This document shows positions 14,296 through 25,951 of a stretch of DNA of 64,000 nucleotides, in pieces (position 1 is the stretch's first letter; each line of letters starts with the position of its first letter). Under the pieces are notes generated by a model. It was not told where the DNA came from and made no database searches. It saw only the letters and a program-made list of their open reading frames with translations. Both the position numbers and the translations under genes were made by a program. Source of the stretch: Amoebidium appalachense (taxonomy: Eukaryota; Protista; Ichthyosporea); the NCBI GenBank assembly GCA_963693365.1, contig CAVNZM010000011.1:8235937-8299936 (forward strand), in the 5' to 3' direction.

Positions 14296-14986
14296 ATGAC
14301 CGAACGATATGCGACGCGTCTCACCGAGTTCCTGCCCACGGCAGATGACAGCACCAGTGGTGCCCGCTCTGACCGCTGGGCCCCCCCGCCGCTTGTGATT
14401 ATCAAGACTCGCACCCAAGTTGCCTTAGCCACCCCGGCACTTCGCGACGTTGCAAACCTCGTGTGTGAACAAGGGTTGTTCGATGGCCCTGAGCCACTGG
14501 ACCCTCAGTGGGGTTGGCTCGACATGGTGTCTGCCGGTGCCCGCGAAGAATGTTGTACACTGATTGGCGCCATCTCTGCCCTCATCCAGGGTGCCAACCT
14601 TGCCGCGGCTAAGGGGACTACGGAGGTGGCACACATGCTCCGCCTGCTGTTCCAGTACCAGTCTGACGTCGTCCAGATGCTGGCGTCCCGGCTCAACTAC
14701 CAGAAGATGCGTGCCCAGTATGGTGCTGCCGTTGCGGATATCGCCAAGGCCGAGGTTGAGGGTGTCAGCTCCCACGAGTTCCTGCCCGCCTGGAACCGCG
14801 GCCTGGTTGCCGCCCGCCAGAACTTCGGCCGCCAGCCTCCAGCTCGCAAGCGCCAGTGCTGCACGCCGCAACCCCGCACGTAGTGGGGGCTTTGGCAACG
14901 AAGATACTTCAGCAAACCCGTCCAAAGGTGCCGGCCGTGGGCGCGGGGCCCCTCGTCGTGGGGCTCCCGCCCCGGCCGATCACTAA
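14296..14986 (+). pseudogene. ORF1 (gag-like) of YR retrotransposon family B, probably one frameshift near 14870
   Basis: A 195-aa GC-rich ORF from ATG 14296, with a basic RG-rich tail in the adjacent frame to 14986. It lies between the A repeat and RT. Confidence 0.55.
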
Positions 14987-14989
14987 CTG

Positions 14990-15372
14990 ACGGCCCCGCG
15001 TCCCGTACACCCCACTCCCCTCTATCAGAGACTGTACGGGATCACGCGGCGGAGTGGGAAAGGAGCGATGCCAGTTCCTTTGTGCTCAGATGCCATGGAT
15101 TCGTCACAGCGTCCTTCCTCGGTGGGGCCCTTCAGGCCCTCCCCCCCCAGCAGACCATGGCTACTATATCCCGGTGGACAATATGCCCGAGTCTACCATG
15201 CTGGATCTGGCTTTGGAAATGGTGGCCAATGGCGAGCTGGAGGAGATCTCTCCCAGCCAATCATATTGCGCTCATCCTTGTTTCACGGTCGCCAAATCCG
15301 ATGGATCCCGGAGACCAATCCGAGTCATCGACCCGCATTCAACCAATTTTGTATGCCTTCCGCTGCACACCA
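14990..15372 (+). pseudogene. Truncated DIRS-type reverse transcriptase N-terminus
   Basis: VRDHAAEWERSDASSFVL (DIRS-like pre-RT motif), then EMVANGELEEI...HPCFTVAKSDGSRRPI (RT motifs 1-2). Frameshifted and cut by the LTR at 15373. Confidence 0.7.
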
Positions 15373-15959
15373 TGTTGTAATACGTAGTATCTACATATGG
15401 TAAGATCTTCTCAGTTTGTGTTATGTTTCAGTTCATATGCTTACATCAGCAATCTTCCCCCCCCATCGGAAACCCCTCTACGACGTCGACGACGGGTTCG
15501 GAGTAGTTTACGATACCTGAGTGGCTGCGTTTGGTACCCTCGACATTTTAATGGATGGAAAAGCTGAAAACCCATCGTCGACGTCGACAAGCATGTTACA
15601 GGGTAATAAAGAGGTCCACTGATTTCTCGACCCTCATGTGTATATGCCAACGTCATCCTATGGACATGCTGTGCATGCGTTTACACCGTCCATTAAACAA
15701 ATGTAGCACCTATTCCAATGCTATAGATGTGCTATGGACGTCGTAAGCCTGTTCTACGTATGTATACTGTGTAGGCTAACATGATGGGTATCGTCGACGT
15801 CGAAAACAAAGCATACTGTGAAGGCGATTCTAAGCATCTTAATATGAGGTTTCCGACGTCTGTAAACTAATAAGAAACGGCGAATTCTGCAATAATAAAT
15901 ACTGTTTTTATAATGTATAAGTACAATAGTTTTATGTGTATATATATATATATCATATA

Positions 15960-16007
<48 letters not shown>

Positions 16008-16091
16008 ATCATATAGTATATATATATATATATATAAGTTGGGGTTTTTATAATGTATAAGTACAATAGTTTTATGTATATATATATAGTA

Positions 16092-16126
<35 letters not shown>

Positions 16127-16179
16127 GGGGTAGGGGTGTCCTGGGAATGAATGACCCCCGGAGTAGTTTTGCATAGAAG

Positions 16180-16378
16180 CCCCATACGACCACCATAAGG
16201 ATCGCTAATTATACCCCCATGCGATCATTATAATGATCTCATTATATGCCCCATACGACCACCATAAGGATCGCTAGTTATACCCCCATACGATCATCAT
16301 AATGATCTCATTCTATGCCTCATACGATCATTATAGTGATCACATACCAAAATCCATACGGTCATCATAATGATCACA
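16180..16378. repeat. Tandem repeat, ~70-bp unit built from ~35-bp CCCATACGA-led subunits
   Basis: CCCATACGACCACCATAAGGATCGCTA recurs at ~16180 and ~16250. Confidence 0.75.
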
Positions 16379-16852
16379 AGGAGATTATCTAACGGGCGCA
16401 ACTGACATGTGAATTTGTTTTTGCACGCCTCATGGAAAGCGGATGAGGCTCATCAGGTGGCCGCGGAATGAAAGTGGTGATATCCCCCCATTCCGACCGG
16501 TTTTGTTAGACCCCCCACACAGAGAAACTGCCTAATGCAAAGTTTGGTTGTGCTCCCAACAATCCCCTGCACGTTATTAACCGTTGAATCCCCCCCCTTT
16601 CCCTATGTATTACAGCGCATTTTGCATAATATGGACGTACAACGGTCAATAACTTTTCCCGGGACAGTCCGACCGGTTTTGTTACATCACCCACACAGAG
16701 ACACTGCCTAATGCAATATTTGGTTGGGGCCCCATCAATCCCCTGCACGTGATTAACCGTGCAAATGTATCCATCTTGTAGTATCCACCTTTCGGTGGTT
16801 CACATGTCTAGTAGGTGTAATAAAGATGTCCAAACATAATCCATAACACGCC

Positions 16853-17419
16853 TTATGTATATCCATGGGCCATCCCCAAAACTGTAACAATACCATCCAT
16901 ATTACTGTCGTAAAACGATATATCGTACGGTACAAACGGTCGTAAGACGATACATAATATCGTCGACATGTGGACTACGACATACAAACATGCTCGCCGG
17001 ATATCGTAGATTTCACCATATTTTGGAGTACTAGTACTCAACTGCAAAATATTCAATGCAGAGTTCTTGTCGGTCATACGATACGGCATCTTGCAGTAGT
17101 ATTTGTGTGCACGCTCCCAGCTCTCAGCTGACTCCACCGGGCCAAAGAGGCGATAGTCGTCAGAATAATGCACACCAGCATGGAATTTCGATGTTTTGAG
17201 TTCGTTTTTGGTGGAGTCCTTGAAGCACTCGTACGCAGCTTTGCCGAACCTGCGTTTTTTGTTGGTGATATTACTTTACAATATAATGCACTAGAGCGGC
17301 ACGGAGTCCATTACCAAATGGCGAAAGTTCTGCCATCGTTTCGTGTAGGATCTATACACCTAGACACGTGCAGGGGGGGGGGGGGGGTCGTAGTGGGAAG
17401 GAGGGAAGACAGGGGGGGG

Positions 17420-17468
<49 letters not shown>

Positions 17469-17560
17469 CGGCAGACACGTACGTTCTGTAACGCTCCTTC
17501 ATCTCGTTGAGTGAGTCCTTTTTTATAATGTATTTCCGTTTATATATTTACACATAATCG
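16853..17560 (-). pseudogene. Intron-containing Plavaka transposase, C-terminal remnant
   Basis: Exons ~17560-17483, 17359-17315 and 17249-down join in phase 2 to KDSLNEMKERYRT...FGKAAYECFKDSTKNELKTSKFHAGVHYSDDYRLFGPVESAESWERAHKYYCKMPYRMTDK. This matches the KxH..HY...R.FG......E..ER.H....K..YR.T motif of Plavaka/CACTA-type transposases. Confidence 0.75.
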
Positions 17561-17612
17561 CCACATGCATTTACCGGTGCGCCATGATAAACACATGGCC
17601 GGCTTATCATTG

Positions 17613-17654
<42 letters not shown>

Positions 17655-17780
17655 CACACACGGCATTCGATACCGTCCAGTCTTGCTCTTCCCAAGGCAT
17701 CCACATGCTCGCACACAATGCAGAAACATGCACTCACACACACGCACGCACACTGGCACACCGGGACACACACACACACC

Positions 17781-17874
<94 letters not shown>

Positions 17875-18076
17875 ACACACACACAAACACACAACACACA
17901 CACACACACATACAGAGAGACACACACACATATGCACACACACGGTGCATTTCCTCCCCTCCCATTCCCTCTCCACAGAGCACACACACACACACACGTG
18001 CACACATGCACACACATGGTGCATCCCCCCCCCCCCCCCTTCCCTCTCAACCGAGCACATACACACACACATACAT

Positions 18077-18113
<37 letters not shown>

Positions 18114-18843
18114 CACACATGCACACATGCACGGACACGAATCCCCCCCTTCCCCTTCCCTCTCCACCGAGCACATGCACACATGCACAGACATGCACAC
18201 ACACACACACACCACACACGACGCACACAGACATGCACACACACACAAACACACAACACACACACACACACATACACACAGACACACACACACACACACA
18301 CACACATACATGCACACACACGGTGCATTTCCCCCCTCCCCTTCCCTCTCCACAGAGCACACACACACACACGTGCACACATGCACACACACGGTGCATC
18401 CCCCCTCTGCCCCCCTGCCCTTTCAACTGAGCACATACACACACACAGACATGCACACACACACAACATACACAGACATCCACACATCAGACACAGACAC
18501 GCATACACACACACACACAGGCACACACACACACATGCACATATGCACACACAGACAGACACATGCACATGCACACTCACATATGCACACACACACACAC
18601 ACGCAAACACACACACACACACACACATACAGATATGCACACACACACACTGTCTCTCTCTCTTTTCTCCCTCCCTCCCACCCTCCCTCCCCCCCCTCCC
18701 CCCTCCCTCCCTCCCTCCCAACCATCCCTCCCTCCCTCCCTCCGTCCCTCCCGCCGTCCCTCCCTCCCCCCTCCCTCCCTCCCTCCCAACCATCCCTCCC
18801 TCCCTCCCCCCGTCCCTCCCTCCCTCCGTCCCTCCCTCCCTTC

Positions 18844-18881
<38 letters not shown>

Positions 18882-18914
18882 CACACACACACATGCACAT
18901 GCACATGCACATGC

Positions 18915-21567
18915 ACCCCTTGTAGCATAGAACCCCCCTTGTAGCATAGTATATGTACATATGTTACCTAGACATTATTGGGTTTTCAATAACTACCCAC
19001 AGAACAGCCTCTAGCACGAGAAATTTACCACAAAGTTTATGGGGGGGATGGGGAATGTGCCCCTGGAGTACGAGGGTCACACAAAAAAAAACACAACGTT
19101 GTAGCTCGTATAGAACCCCCCTTGTAGCATAGAATATGTACATATGTTACCTAGACATTATTGGTTTTTCAATAACTACCCACAGAATAGCCTCTAGCAC
19201 GAGATATTTACCATAACGTTTGTGGGGGGGATGGTGAATGTGCCCCTGGAGTACGAGGGTCACACGAAAAAAACACAAAGTTGTAGCTCGTATAGAACCC
19301 CCCTTGTAGCATAGTATATGTCCATGTGTTACCTAGACATTTTTGGTTTTTTCAATAACTACCCACAGAACAGCTTCTAGCACGAGAGCTTTACCACACA
19401 GTTTATGGGGGGGATGGGGAATGTGCCCCTGGAGTACGAGGGTCACACGAAAAAAACACAACATTGTAGCTCGAATAGAACCCCCCTTGTAGCATAGTAT
19501 ATGTACATGCGTTGCTTACACAATATTGGTTTTTTCAATAACTACCCACAGAACAGCTTCTAGCACGAGAAAGTTACCACAAAGTTTGTGGGGGGGATGG
19601 TGAATGTGCCCCTGGAGTACGAGGGTCACACGAAAAAAACACAACGTTGTAGCTCGAATAGAACCCCCCTTGTAGCATAGTATATGTACATGCGTTGCTT
19701 ACACAATATTGGGTTTTTCAATAACTACCCACAGAACAGCTTCTAGCACGAGAAAGTTACCACAACGTTTGTGGGGGGGATGGTGAATGTGCCCCTGGAG
19801 TACGAGGGTCACACGAAAAAAACACAACGTTGTAGCTCGAATAGAACCCCCCTTGAGGCATAGTATATGTCCATGTGTTACCTAGACATTTTTGGGTTTT
19901 TCAAAAACTACCCACAGAACAGCTTCTAGCACGAGAAATTTACCAAACAGTTTATGGGGGGGATGGGGAATGTGCCCCTGGAGTACGAGGGTCACACGAA
20001 AAAAACACAACGTTGTAGCTCGTATAGAACCCCCCTTGTAGCATAGTATATGTACATAGTATGTTACCTAGACATTATTGGTATTTTCAATACCTACCCA
20101 CAGAACAGCTTCTAGCACGATAAATTTACCACAACGTTTATGGGGGGGATGGAGAATGTGCCCCTGGAGTACGAGGGTCACACGAGAAAAACACAATGTT
20201 GTAGCTCGAATAGACCCCCCTTGTAGCATAGTATATGTCCATGTGTTACCTAGACATTATTGGTTGTTTCAATAACTACCCACAGAACAGCTTCTAGCAC
20301 GAGACATTTACCACAAAGTGTATGGGGGGGATGGTGAATGTGCCCCTGGAGTACAAGGGTCACACGAAAAAAACACAACGTTGTAGCTCGTATAGAACCC
20401 CCCTTGTAGCATAGCATATGTACATGTGTTACCTAGACATTATTGGTTTTTTCAATAACTACCCACAGAACAGCTTCTAGCACGAGAGCTTTACCACAAC
20501 GTTTATGGGGGGGATGGTGAATGTGCCCCTGGAGTACGAGGGTCACACGAAAAAAACACAACGTTGTAGCTCGTATAGAACCCCCCTTGTAGCATAGTAT
20601 ATGTACATACGTTACCTAGACATTATTGGTTTTTCAATAACTACACACAGAACAGCCTCTAGCACGAGAGATTTAGCACAAAGTTTATGGGGTGGATGGT
20701 GAATGTGCCCCTGGAGTACGAGGGTCACACGAAAAAAACACAACATTGTAGCTCGAATAGAACCCCCCTTGTAGCATAGTATAAGTACATGTGTTACCTA
20801 GACATTATTCGTTTTTTCAATAACTACCCACAGAACAGCTTCTAGCACGAGAGCTTTACCACAAAGTTTATGGGGGGGATGGTGAATGTGCCCCTGGAGT
20901 ACGAGGGTCACACGAAAAAAACACAACGTTGTAGCTCGTATAGAACCCCCCTTGTAGCATAGTATATGTACATAGTATGTTACCTAGACATTATTGGTTT
21001 TTTCAATAACTACCCACAGAACAGCTTCTAGCACGAGAAATTTACCACAAAGTTTATGGGGGGGATGGAGAATGTGCCCCTGGAGTACGAGGGTCACACG
21101 AAAAAAACACAATGTTGTAGCTCGAATAGACCCCCCTTGTAGCATAGTATATGTCCATGTGTTACCTAGACATTATTGGTTTTTCAATAACTACCCACAG
21201 AACAGCCTCTAGCACGAGACATTTACCACAAAGTTTATGGGGGGATGGTGAATGTGCCCCTTGAGTACGAGGGTCACACAAAAAAAACACAACATTGTAG
21301 CTCGAATAGAACCCCCCTTGTAGCATAGCATATGTACATGTGTTACCTAGACATTATTCGTTTTTTCAATAACTACCCACAGAACAGCTTCTAGCACGAG
21401 AACTTTACCACAAAGTTTATGGGGGGGATGGTGAATGTGCCCCTGGAGTACGAGGGTCACACGAAAAAAACACAACGTTGTAGCTCGTATAGAACCCCCT
21501 TTGTAGCATAGTATATGTACATAGTATGTTACCTAGACATTATTGGTTTTTTTCAATAACTACCCAC
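18915..21567. repeat. ~182-bp tandem satellite, ~14.5 copies
   Basis: CCCCTTGTAGCATAG...GTGCCCCTGGAGTACGAGGGTCACAC recurs every ~181-186 bp. Confidence 0.97.
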
Positions 21568-21689
21568 ATGCGGCATGTGTTACTTTCACGTTATTGGTTT
21601 CCTAGCACGGGATATTCAGCACACAGTTGGGGATGTGGGGGCAGTGTACACCTCAATATTGGTAAGGTGGTGGGTGGGTTGGGGGGGGT

Positions 21690-21725
<36 letters not shown>

Positions 21726-21853
21726 GGGGGGGGGGGTTCCACACAACCGAAACTGTCGGTGTTACAAGTGGTTCGGTCTTAGGAAGTTAGAACGGTGATT
21801 TTTTAATTAATAGCGGGAAACAATATTATCCCCATTGCATATGGGGGGAACGA

Positions 21854-21895
<42 letters not shown>

Positions 21896-22222
21896 GTTCA
21901 CAACGAATTCTATCGACTGTGCATAATTAATGTATATTGCACATGTAGCCTAAAAGATTAAAGTGAATGTGTGTATGTATATGTGTGAGTATATTTGTGT
22001 ATGCAATACATGTACAATGTTTTCGTCTTTGTAGGTGGGTGGGTGGGGTGGGTGGGGGGGGGGGGGGGGGGGGGGGGGTGCGCGGGGGGGGAAGAGGGAG
22101 GGGGGAGGGGGCATCATGATCAGGGATAACAGGGTGTGTGCGTGTGTGGGCTTGTGTGTGCATGTGCTGTGTGTGTTGTGTAGGTGTGCGCCTGTGTGTG
22201 TGTGCGTGCCTGTGTGTGCGCG

Positions 22223-22258
<36 letters not shown>

Positions 22259-22280
22259 GTGCATGTGTGAGTGTGTGTGC

Positions 22281-22330
<50 letters not shown>

Positions 22331-25068
22331 TTTCAAAGAAGTCGAAAGCGCCAGTGACACCCATGTTGAAAAAAAGACAAGCAAGCACGCTAAGAAGGAC
22401 AGCAAGAAGTAACAGAAACCCTTTCATGCCGAAAAAATGGTCAAGAACAAAGAAGTGGAGGACACGTAACTATAGTCTGATAGTTGTGACTAAGGGCACT
22501 AAGGGTAGCGCTAAGGGCACCAAGCTGATGCACGCGCGCGCGCGAGCCGAAATCTATTTTTATCTTTTTCCTAATCAGGCGCGGCGAATAGTGATTGGCT
22601 AAATCCCAATCCGGTTTGCAATTTTTTCTCCATTTAAGCCTGTACGCACGTTGTTTTCTCCATTTCTCTTCCCCCTTCCCGCAGGTCCGCAGGTCCTTTC
22701 CCGCAGGTCGCCTGGTCGCAGTTCCCTTCCCGCAGCGCCTGGTCACAGATCCCCTCCGCAGATCGCGCAGCCACCGTGCTGATTGTTTTGGACCATGCTG
22801 CATGCTGCAGCTTCTTCTTGAAGGTTAGTTTTGTGTTGCCTGCTTTTGTGCATATGGCGTTTGTCTGTCTGGTCTGTGTCTGTGTCTGTGTGTGTGTGTG
22901 TGTATGTGTGTGTGCGTGCGTGCGTGCGTGTGCGTGTGTCTGCTGGCTGCAGATGCACGTTGCCTTTCACGTTCATGAACCAGCGACTGTGGGCACTACT
23001 TTTGCTGTTAGCACTATAGCTATCATCCCCTCCACCGATCGTTCAAGCTATTTTCTGCTTCTCTAGACTTCATAAGTTCTGGTCCGGGTTTCCGTCCTTA
23101 CTATGTTTGAGGTTGGTTCTGTCGACTCTTTTTTTGCCACTCTCAGTCAGCCCCCTCAGTCCCCCCCACCCCACCCCCCCCCCCCCCCCCCCTCCCCCCA
23201 CTTCTCGCAAGTAGGATGAGCTAATTCTTAGCTCGAGTTCCTTTACAGGTTTTGGCAAGGTTGGCCCATGAAGTCATCAGCAGCTATAAGGCTACGTTAT
23301 CATCTAGAGGTGGGTACCGGCTCTTTGTCCTATGGCTGCTGTTGTTTCCGTTTTTCGTTTCATAGGTGGGTACCGGCTCTTTGTCCTGTTAAGGTAAATA
23401 AAGTATGGAGGCAAGACCCTGTGGGTCTGGGGCTCTTTGTCCTATGGCTGCTGTTGTTTCCGTGTTTCGTTTCTGTGTTGCTCTTATAGCACATGAATGA
23501 TCATGTGCATGTTTAGCACCCATAGGTGGGTACCGGCTCTTTGTCCTGTTAATTACTCTGCCGGCATTTGGTATGGTATGGTTTGGTGTAAGAGTGCCCC
23601 CCTTATATTGTCATGTTGGGCGTCCTTTTTTTTTTTTTTTGGGCCTCATACACATACACACACACCTTGTTACTCTTCTGTCAAGGGATTAGCATGTGTT
23701 TAGTTTAATGATGTTGGGAGCTTCTTAGAAACCCGCATAATAGTTTGCTTGTTTTGAGTTTTGTTTATGTTCGTTGCTGCTCTTTTATACTCCTTCCCCC
23801 CCCCCCCCCCCCTCCCGGCTGGGGGGGAGGAAGGAGATGAGGGTGGGGAGGATGAGGATGAGGACTAGTGGGATGATAGAAGCCCCCCCCCCCCCCCCCC
23901 ACCACCCTCTTTTTTTTTTCTTTTTTTGATATGTTTTGGTGTCTAGTGCAGTCTGGAGCAGACTCCGGAGTCGAGACATAGAAATTTGTTGTATTGCAGT
24001 CTCGCTCCTGTGGAACGAGACTTAAAAATTTGTAACAAGTTGTGAGAAAAAACAAACTGTCAGGCGTGGTCTCTGCTCCAGTGGAGCGAGACAAAAAAGT
24101 ACATATGGTATCCGTCTCTGCTCCTGTGGAGCGAGACGCAAAGAAACATCTTTATGCGCTCTTCTTACCGTCTGATGTCATATTGTATGTGTCCTTACAG
24201 TGATTTTATGACGTATGATGTATGATATCATTATCATACATTGAACATGCCATTATGCATGTAAGGATGGGTTTATGACGCACCAAAAAGCACATTGTGC
24301 ATGTGCATAGCACACCCTTACAACATATGCAAGTGTACGTTACGACGTCAAATGTATTAATATGCGTCATCTACATTATATGTCGTAATGTCCTCCTATG
24401 CATCTGTTTACAACATCGTAATGTAATCTGTAGTAGGATGCAAATCACATCTTATGATAGGTCATGGGTTAGCACAAACCCACCCATGGTATATCCACTG
24501 GTTGTGTTTCGGATGTCGGAAAGGGCGTCTGAACGATTGGATTTCGATCTATTTTTATAATCAACTGGATGGTTTTGCAGTGCTCCATTGCATTGCTTTA
24601 CAACAAACGATAGACATACATGTGATAGTCATACGTATTTGATCAAGAGGGTATTAATACCATACATTCGATGCGTTTACAGTGCTCCGTTATATGGCTT
24701 TACATCAAACCATAGACATGCATAAGATCGTCCACAGGGTGGCGTTCTGATCCTCCCGTAGACGGTGTTACGACTGTCTGAATGCCCCCTGGCCGCCGTC
24801 ATATACCCACCGACTGGACGTCGTATGTTGGATCTATTGCACGTCGGTTAGATGGCTACATTGCACACCCATTGGATATGCACTCGCGGGGTTCTATGTA
24901 CATCCATTGGTGCATCGGGTATCGGATCGAGCAGATTACGACACATCCATTGGACGTCGGGGAGCAATGATATGTATTTGGGGTTAGTTTTGGAGGTGTT
25001 GAGGGGTTTCCGATGTCGTCGGGTAGTTTACGACAGCTTTTGGATGCCGCAACAAGATTGCTGATGTA

Positions 25069-25889
25069 GTGCACGTGTATATGCCACACTCCTATTATGT
25101 AAAGTGTAGCATCGATCTCCGATATGCTTGTATACTTGTAATCGTGTTGTATCGGCTCTAATCGTGTATTGTAATATCGATTAGAATATTTATATGTGTG
25201 TACACGGATCCACCCACTCAGGGAGAGAGTGTACATGTTCGTGTGTACATAAATATCTCTGGTTATAGTTATGCTATCACTATCTTGTTTGTTGATCTGT
25301 GCTCTCTTTTCCTTCCTCCTTCTCCTTCCTTATTTTCTTTTCTTTCTCTCTTTGTCTTCATGTGTATAATCGTATTTCTTTTCTACTAATATATGTTAGG
25401 TAGATTTGTGTTACTTAATACGTTTCATTGGACGGTAACACACTTAGGCTACACTTAGAATAGCATGTGTGTTTAGACTTCATTAATTTATTTATTTTCA
25501 TGTGTTCCGGCTTTAACCAATCATAAGACTGAGTCTTTGATTTCATAGGTTAGAGAGAGACAAGTTACCTTAACTAGTGTCTGTGTCCTATCGTGTGCGT
25601 CTCCGCGTACCGGATCTCTCTGAAAGCAATTGGTTCTTAGTGATTGGTTTCTATTAGAGATAGATCTGATTTCCGACTGGTCGGAAATCATGTATGGATT
25701 GGACTTAGAGGAATTTCAGGTATTTATTCGAAGATCAGAATAAATTCAGTTCAGTCGTGTCTAAACATTGATGTCTGTTGTGTACACTGCTCCGATCGTT
25801 CCGTGTTTTGTTGTTGTGTGTGTCTGTGGTGTTTTCACACTGCACCACTGTGTCTCTGCTTACATCCCAAATACTTATATAATTTAACA
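25069..25889 (+). repeat. Copia 5' LTR, main part (first 71 bp displaced to 15373-15443)
   Basis: Matches 30837-31620 and ends TTTAACA before the PBS. Confidence 0.9.
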
Positions 25890-25902
25890 GGTTATGCAGC
25901 CC
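25890..25902 (+). promoter_or_regulatory. Copia primer-binding site GGTTATGCAGCCC (half-tRNAiMet / Hemivirus-type)
   Basis: Lies immediately after the LTR and resembles the GGTTATGGGCCC PBS of Drosophila copia. Confidence 0.7.
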
Positions 25903-25951
25903 TTTTGCACGCTCCCTACACACATCTAGAACTAGGGCTCGTTTTTCAATC

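Larger units (their letters stand above)
12717..15372 (+). mobile_element. Left arm of a DIRS-order (PAT/Ngaro-like) tyrosine-recombinase retrotransposon, family B: A repeat, gag-like ORF and start of RT, truncated at the Copia LTR
   Basis: 12717-12808 plus 14110-14224 match 63229-63405, downstream of the YR ORF. CCAAT and TATATAA motifs are followed by ORF1 and an RT N-terminus. Confidence 0.7.
15444..25066 (-). mobile_element. Plavaka (CACTA/EnSpm-related) DNA transposon, internally decayed
   Basis: Perfect 13-bp TIRs CATCAGCAATCTT (15444-15456) and AAGATTGCTGATG (25054-25066). TA is duplicated on both sides, against the empty 3' LTR site ATGCTTAGTG. Subterminal inverted motif CATCGGAAACCCCTC; transposase C-terminal remnant inside. 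Confidence 0.82.

Noticed and set aside
20078-21212. Repeated ORFs ...WGGWRMCPWSTRVT... in the 182-bp satellite
   Set aside because: The unit length varies and stops are frequent; noncoding satellite.
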